This document shows positions 25,576 through 29,571 of a DNA stretch of 29,571 nt, piece after piece. The notes under the pieces are model-generated. The model was given only the letters and a program-made list of their open reading frames with translations. It did not search any database and had not been told where the DNA came from. The stretch comes from a virus (Duplodnaviria; Heunggongvirae; Uroviricota; Caudoviricetes). The DNA is taken from the IMG/VR virus record IMGVR_UViG_2541047736_000006; one strand, given 5' to 3'. The translations under genes and the position numbers were made by a program. Every line of letters begins with the position of its first letter. The stretch's first letter is position 1.

Positions 25576-25770
25576 ATGATATTTAAATGTATTCAGTGCG
25601 AGAGGGATATAACAGCCCTGCGTTTTCACAGCGCCATCGCCGTGATGTCCGGTAAATACCACATCCCTGCGGTACGCGTCACCCTGGTCTGTCCGTACTG
25701 CAGCCAGCATTTTTCGGCGGACGTGCCCGTCATGGAATTCTCCCGCCCTGACAGGGAGGACGCGCAATGA
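25576..25770 (+). CDS. Small zinc-ribbon protein (64 aa)
   Basis: Two CxxC pairs (CIQC and CPYC); GAGGAG upstream. Confidence 0.5.
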   Translation: MIFKCIQCERDITALRFHSAIAVMSGKYHIPAVRVTLVCPYCSQHFSADVPVMEFSRPDREDAQ

Positions 25771-26039
25771 TTACCCCACAGGAAGCACGACAGCGCACCC
25801 GAACCCTTGTTGAACACTATGTCAACGAGTGTGAATGCCGCGACCTCACCGATGTGAAGCACGTCCTGACGGCGTTAATCAGCATGGCCGCTCAGGCCAT
25901 TGTGGCAACCAACGGAAAGGCGGCTGCCCTGCAGGTACTGATGAACACACTCACCCACACGGCAGAGCACGAGGTGCCGTACCGGGTGGAAACCACTGCA
26001 GAAGGCGGCCTGAACATCACCGTCGACCGGAAACACTGA
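25767..26039 (+). CDS. Hypothetical early protein (90 aa)
   Basis: ATGA-coupled to the preceding ORF. Confidence 0.45.
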   Translation: MITPQEARQRTRTLVEHYVNECECRDLTDVKHVLTALISMAAQAIVATNGKAAALQVLMNTLTHTAEHEVPYRVETTAEGGLNITVDRKH

Positions 26040-26048
26040 GGGCGCGGC

Positions 26049-26354
26049 ATGACACGGAACACCGAACTCACCCGCACCGCCCTCTACCGTCTGGCCCTGC
26101 AGCGTTTCGGTCCGGATGCACAGGCCCTGAAACTGACAGAAGAGGCCGCTGAACTGGCGGCCAGTGCTGCCCGCAACCTGAACGGACAGGGCAGCGAAAG
26201 TGACCTCGCGGCAGAGCTGGCAGACGTGGAAATCATGACAGAGCAGCTGCGCCTTCAGGGGATGGACCGGCTGATTGACTTCCACAAACAGAAAAAACTG
26301 GAACGCCTTGCCGCACGGCTGGGCGTCATGTACACCGGAGATACTGAACAATGA
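26049..26354 (+). CDS. Possible MazG-like NTP pyrophosphohydrolase (101 aa)
   Basis: All-alpha protein with acidic E-E-x-x-E and E-x-x-D motifs (LTEEAAELAASAA ... AAELADVEIMTEQL), typical of small phage MazG-like proteins. Confidence 0.45.
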   Translation: MTRNTELTRTALYRLALQRFGPDAQALKLTEEAAELAASAARNLNGQGSESDLAAELADVEIMTEQLRLQGMDRLIDFHKQKKLERLAARLGVMYTGDTEQ

Positions 26355-27034
26355 CAGACCAGGATAAACACATTGAGAAACTGAAAAAGTTGCTGGCGCT
26401 GGCCGCATCCGGCAACCCTCACGAGGCCGCTCTGGCACTGCGCCGCGCCCGTAAACTGATGGATGTTCACGGCATCACACATTCCGACATCGCCATGAGT
26501 GATATTGATGAAACCATCAGTCACTACTGGCCGACAGGCAGCCTCCGTCCGCCGCGCTACATGCAGGGCCTGATGAACATCATCCGCGAGGCATTTGGTG
26601 TTAACTCCATCATTCACCCCGGCACATATCCGGGTGTGGGGTTCTACGGCAACCGGGAACGGGCCGCACTGGCCGCGTACACCTGGGAAGTGCTGGCCCG
26701 TCAGCTGAAAAAGGCGCGTCAGCAGTATATCAGTGCACAGAACAAAAGAATAAAAACCGCCACCCGCACCAGCCGTGGAAACCAGTTTGCTGAAGGCTGG
26801 GTGCTGGCCGTTATCAGTGAAATACAGTCCTTCGCCTTGACCGATGACGAACGTGAACTGATGCAGCAGTGGCTGGAACATAAATACCCGCAGACGCAAA
26901 CCACCAGGGCGCGTAAACCGGGAAGAAGTCGCAATGGCGACGCCTCGCGCTATGCGGGGTTTCGAGAAGGGCAGAACGTCAGACTGCACCGACCGGTCAG
27001 TGGGCGGGAACAGCAGAAACTGGAGGCCAGATGA
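26351..27034 (+). CDS. Hypothetical early protein with DUF2786-like N-terminal helical domain
   Basis: N-terminus IEKLKKLLALAASGNPHEAALALRRARKLMDVHGIT; ATGA overlap with the upstream gene. Confidence 0.55.
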   Translation: MTDQDKHIEKLKKLLALAASGNPHEAALALRRARKLMDVHGITHSDIAMSDIDETISHYWPTGSLRPPRYMQGLMNIIREAFGVNSIIHPGTYPGVGFYGNRERAALAAYTWEVLARQLKKARQQYISAQNKRIKTATRTSRGNQFAEGWVLAVISEIQSFALTDDERELMQQWLEHKYPQTQTTRARKPGRSRNGDASRYAGFREGQNVRLHRPVSGREQQKLEAR

Positions 27035-27261
27035 TTACGTTATCAGGTAACAGCCGGAAATTAAAAGCCTGCCGAATATCTGCCAGATACCTTTTTGCCC
27101 GCGCCTTTTTTAAGAACGTCAGGCCGGGGATCACAATTGGTGTTATTGCCGGACGCGAACAGGTTGAAAAATACATGTCAGGTGCATGGTGGAATAAAGA
27201 CCCTGTCATTGCTGCCCGTAATATTCATATCAGTTGGGGGGATATTCAGAATGACGGCTGA
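27031..27261 (+). CDS. Small hypothetical protein (76 aa)
   Basis: ATGA-coupled ORF. Confidence 0.4.
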   Translation: MITLSGNSRKLKACRISARYLFARAFFKNVRPGITIGVIAGREQVEKYMSGAWWNKDPVIAARNIHISWGDIQNDG

Positions 27262-27466
27262 ATCTGTTGTATGTGCCCTGTTCTGGTATTGTTTTGTCGG
27301 TTGGTGTACTGCTGAACTGCACCGCCGTTCAGGGTTTTATTCACGTTACAGTGGTGCCGGTTACTGGATTAGCTGGTCGGTGATGTTCCTGTGCTGGCCT
27401 GTGGCACTTCCTTTATATGTCGATTATATCGGTGATGCAGGCAGAAGGAGCAACGATGATGACTAA
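27250..27466 (+). CDS. Small membrane protein (72 aa)
   Basis: Start reassigned to ATG 27250 (GGGGGGA upstream). Product MTAESVVCALFWYCFVGWCTAEL...WISWSVMFLCWPVALPLYV has two hydrophobic helices. Confidence 0.4.
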
Positions 27467-27908
27467 ACAACGTCTTATCCAGCTCATTCATATTGCCCGT
27501 AATGAACTGGGTATGGATGAAGACAGCTACCGCCAGATGTTACAGGGGCTGACCGGTAAAGCCTCAACCAAAGGAATGGATACCACACAACTAAACTGCG
27601 TGCTGGAATCCATGAAAAGGAAAGGCTTTCGCGTTAAGCCTGCCGGAAAAGCCAGCTCCGGTTTACCGCTGGATAACCATCCGCAGTCCAGGAAAATCCG
27701 TGCGCTATGGCTTGAAATGGCTGCTGCCGGCATTGTTCGTGACCGTTCAGAAAATGCATTAGCGCGGTGGATCAAGCGGGAAACGGGCATCAGCGCCCTG
27801 CGCTGGCTCAATACTGAACAGGCAAGCAGTGTTATTGAGAAACTGAAGAAGTGGCAGCGCAGAGCTGCGGGAGTAAAACATGAGCGACCTGAATCAGTTT
27901 CGAAGTAA
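27456..27908 (+). CDS. gemA: GemA-like regulatory protein (Mu gp16 family)
   Basis: Start at ATG 27456 (GAAGGAG 5 nt upstream). N-terminus MMTKQRLIQLIHIARNELGMDEDSYRQML fits the GemA pattern; lies directly upstream of the Mor-like gene, as in Mu. Confidence 0.65.
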   Translation: MMTKQRLIQLIHIARNELGMDEDSYRQMLQGLTGKASTKGMDTTQLNCVLESMKRKGFRVKPAGKASSGLPLDNHPQSRKIRALWLEMAAAGIVRDRSENALARWIKRETGISALRWLNTEQASSVIEKLKKWQRRAAGVKHERPESVSK

Positions 27909-28269
27909 AGGGCCGGAACTCCTGGTGGAACTGGCACAGCATACCTCTGAGACCGTTCGCGAGATTATTGATATTGAGCCCGCAATTGCCGACCAGATTG
28001 GTCAGGCCGTCGCGAACCGCATGATGCAGGTCTGGGGCGGGCAAAACGTTTATTTCCCGATGGGCATGGTATGGAAGGTCAGTCAGCGCGATCGGGAAAT
28101 CTTCAGGGAGTTTAACGGACGTAACCACCATGAACTGGCCCGCAAATTTGGTGTTTCGCTTCAGTGGGTCTACAGCGTGGTTAAGCGGGTAAGAAAAGAA
28201 GAACTGGATCGGATGCAGGGCAAGCTATTTGCTGATGAACCCGATGTAGATACGGAGAAAAAAGAGTAA
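27880..28269 (+). CDS. mor: Mor/C-family transcription activator (late-gene activator)
   Basis: C-terminal half matches the Mor/C pattern (GGQNVYFP..RDREIFREFNGRNHHELARKFGVSLQWVYSVVKR); GGGAG upstream of the ATG. Confidence 0.75.
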   Translation: MSDLNQFRSKGPELLVELAQHTSETVREIIDIEPAIADQIGQAVANRMMQVWGGQNVYFPMGMVWKVSQRDREIFREFNGRNHHELARKFGVSLQWVYSVVKRVRKEELDRMQGKLFADEPDVDTEKKE

Positions 28270-28299
28270 TATCTGCAATCAGGCTGGCGCGAGTTCTGT

Positions 28300-28448
<149 letters not shown>

Positions 28449-28449
28449 G

Positions 28450-29571
28450 TTGCGCTATAACGGCAATAACGCCCTGATGTTCGCGACATATCAGGACAAG
28501 ATGCTGGTGTTTTCCAGCACGGATATGCTGTTTAAAGATGATCAGCAGGATACCGAAGCCACGGCGATCGCAAGTGATTTGTTGAGCGGCAAAAAACGCT
28601 GGCAAGCCAGCTTTGGCCTGGAAGAGCGTGCTGCCGAAAAAACGCCAGTACGCCAGCGCATCGTGGCCAGCGCCAGGTTGCTGGGTTTTGGCTACCAGCG
28701 ATTAATGCCTTCTTTTGCTGGCGTACGCTTCGAAATGGGTAACGACGGCTGGCACAGTTTTGTGGCGTTAAATGATGAATCCGCCAGCGTAGATGCCAGT
28801 TTCGATTTTACGCCGGTCTGGAACAGTATGCCTGCCGGGGCCAGCTTCTGTGTGGCGGTGCCGTATTCACACGGTATTGCCGAAGAGATGCTTTCGCACA
28901 TCAGCCAGGAAAACGACAAGCTGAATGGGGCGTTAGACGGTGCCGCGGGGCTGTGCTGGTATGAAGACTCAAAATTGCAAACCCCGCTGTTTGTCGGTCA
29001 GTTTGATGGCACTGCCGAACAGGCGCAATTGCCAGGGAAACTGTTTACGCAAAATATTGGTGCGCACGAAAGCAAAGCGCCAGAAGGTGTTTTGCCGGTA
29101 AGCCAGACTCAGCAGGGCGAAGCGCAAATCTGGCGTCGCGAAGTGAGTTCCCGATACGGCCAGTATCCGAAAGCGCAGGCGGCGCAACCCGATCAATTAA
29201 TGTCGGATTATTTTTTCCGTGTGTCGCTGGCGATGCAAAACAAAACGCTGCTTTTCTCCCTCGATGACACGCTGGTTAATAACGCGCTGCAAACACTGAA
29301 TAAAACCCGCCCGGCAATGGTGGATGTAATACCCACTGATGGCATCGTTCCGCTCTATATCAATCCACAAGGAATAGCGAAACTGCTGCGTAACGAAACG
29401 TTGACCAGTCTGCCGAAGAATCTCGAACCGGTTTTTTATAACGCCGCACAAACTTTATTAATGCCGAAGCTGGACGCTTTATCTCAACAACCGCGTTATG
29501 TCATGAAGCTGGCCCAGATGGAACCCGGTGCCGCCTGGCAGTGGCTACCCATAACCTGGCAGCCGCTATGA
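28450..29571 (+). CDS. Host chromosomal gene, probably 5'-truncated by the prophage insertion
   Basis: 373-codon open frame ending in TGA at the last base of the window. It begins at a TTG with no SD, and the frame is open from 28,429 (in-frame TAA at 28,426..28,428), inside the phage-end repeats. I have a vague memory of an enterobacterial YfaA-type (DUF2138) protein but cannot confirm it. Confidence 0.55.
   Translation: MRYNGNNALMFATYQDKMLVFSSTDMLFKDDQQDTEATAIASDLLSGKKRWQASFGLEERAAEKTPVRQRIVASARLLGFGYQRLMPSFAGVRFEMGNDGWHSFVALNDESASVDASFDFTPVWNSMPAGASFCVAVPYSHGIAEEMLSHISQENDKLNGALDGAAGLCWYEDSKLQTPLFVGQFDGTAEQAQLPGKLFTQNIGAHESKAPEGVLPVSQTQQGEAQIWRREVSSRYGQYPKAQAAQPDQLMSDYFFRVSLAMQNKTLLFSLDDTLVNNALQTLNKTRPAMVDVIPTDGIVPLYINPQGIAKLLRNETLTSLPKNLEPVFYNAAQTLLMPKLDALSQQPRYVMKLAQMEPGAAWQWLPITWQPL

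Overview
Almost the whole window (1 to about 28,448) is the right-hand part of a transposable, Mu-like prophage in an enterobacterial-type chromosome; its left end lies outside the window. The transposase has a retroviral-integrase-type DDE core and the early and late operons are divergent, which resembles the BcepMu-like subgroup more than Mu itself (family assignment is from memory, not a search). Layout: (i) 1-15,865, minus strand: late operon read right-to-left (holin, transglycosylase endolysin, nested spanins, terminase, portal, head genes, sheath, tube, frameshifted tail chaperone, tape measure running off the left edge). (ii) 15,996-19,619: an accessory region between the late promoter and the immunity gene, holding a P-loop NTPase, small ORFs, an orphan Dam-type methyltransferase, and an AT-rich two-gene module (297-aa soluble protein plus overlapping 4-TM membrane protein) directly downstream of the repressor. 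That module is my best candidate for an undescribed defence or exclusion system. (iii) 19,742-28,269: repressor (minus) and the plus-strand early operon (Ner-like, wHTH, transposase, MuB-like ATPase, Gam, small accessory genes, GemA-like, Mor-like). (iv) about 28,300-28,448: prophage right terminus with short direct repeats, then a host ORF (28,450-29,571) that appears 5'-truncated by the insertion. No rRNA, tRNA or CRISPR array was seen. All calls are from reading the sequence and ORF translations; no database search was possible.
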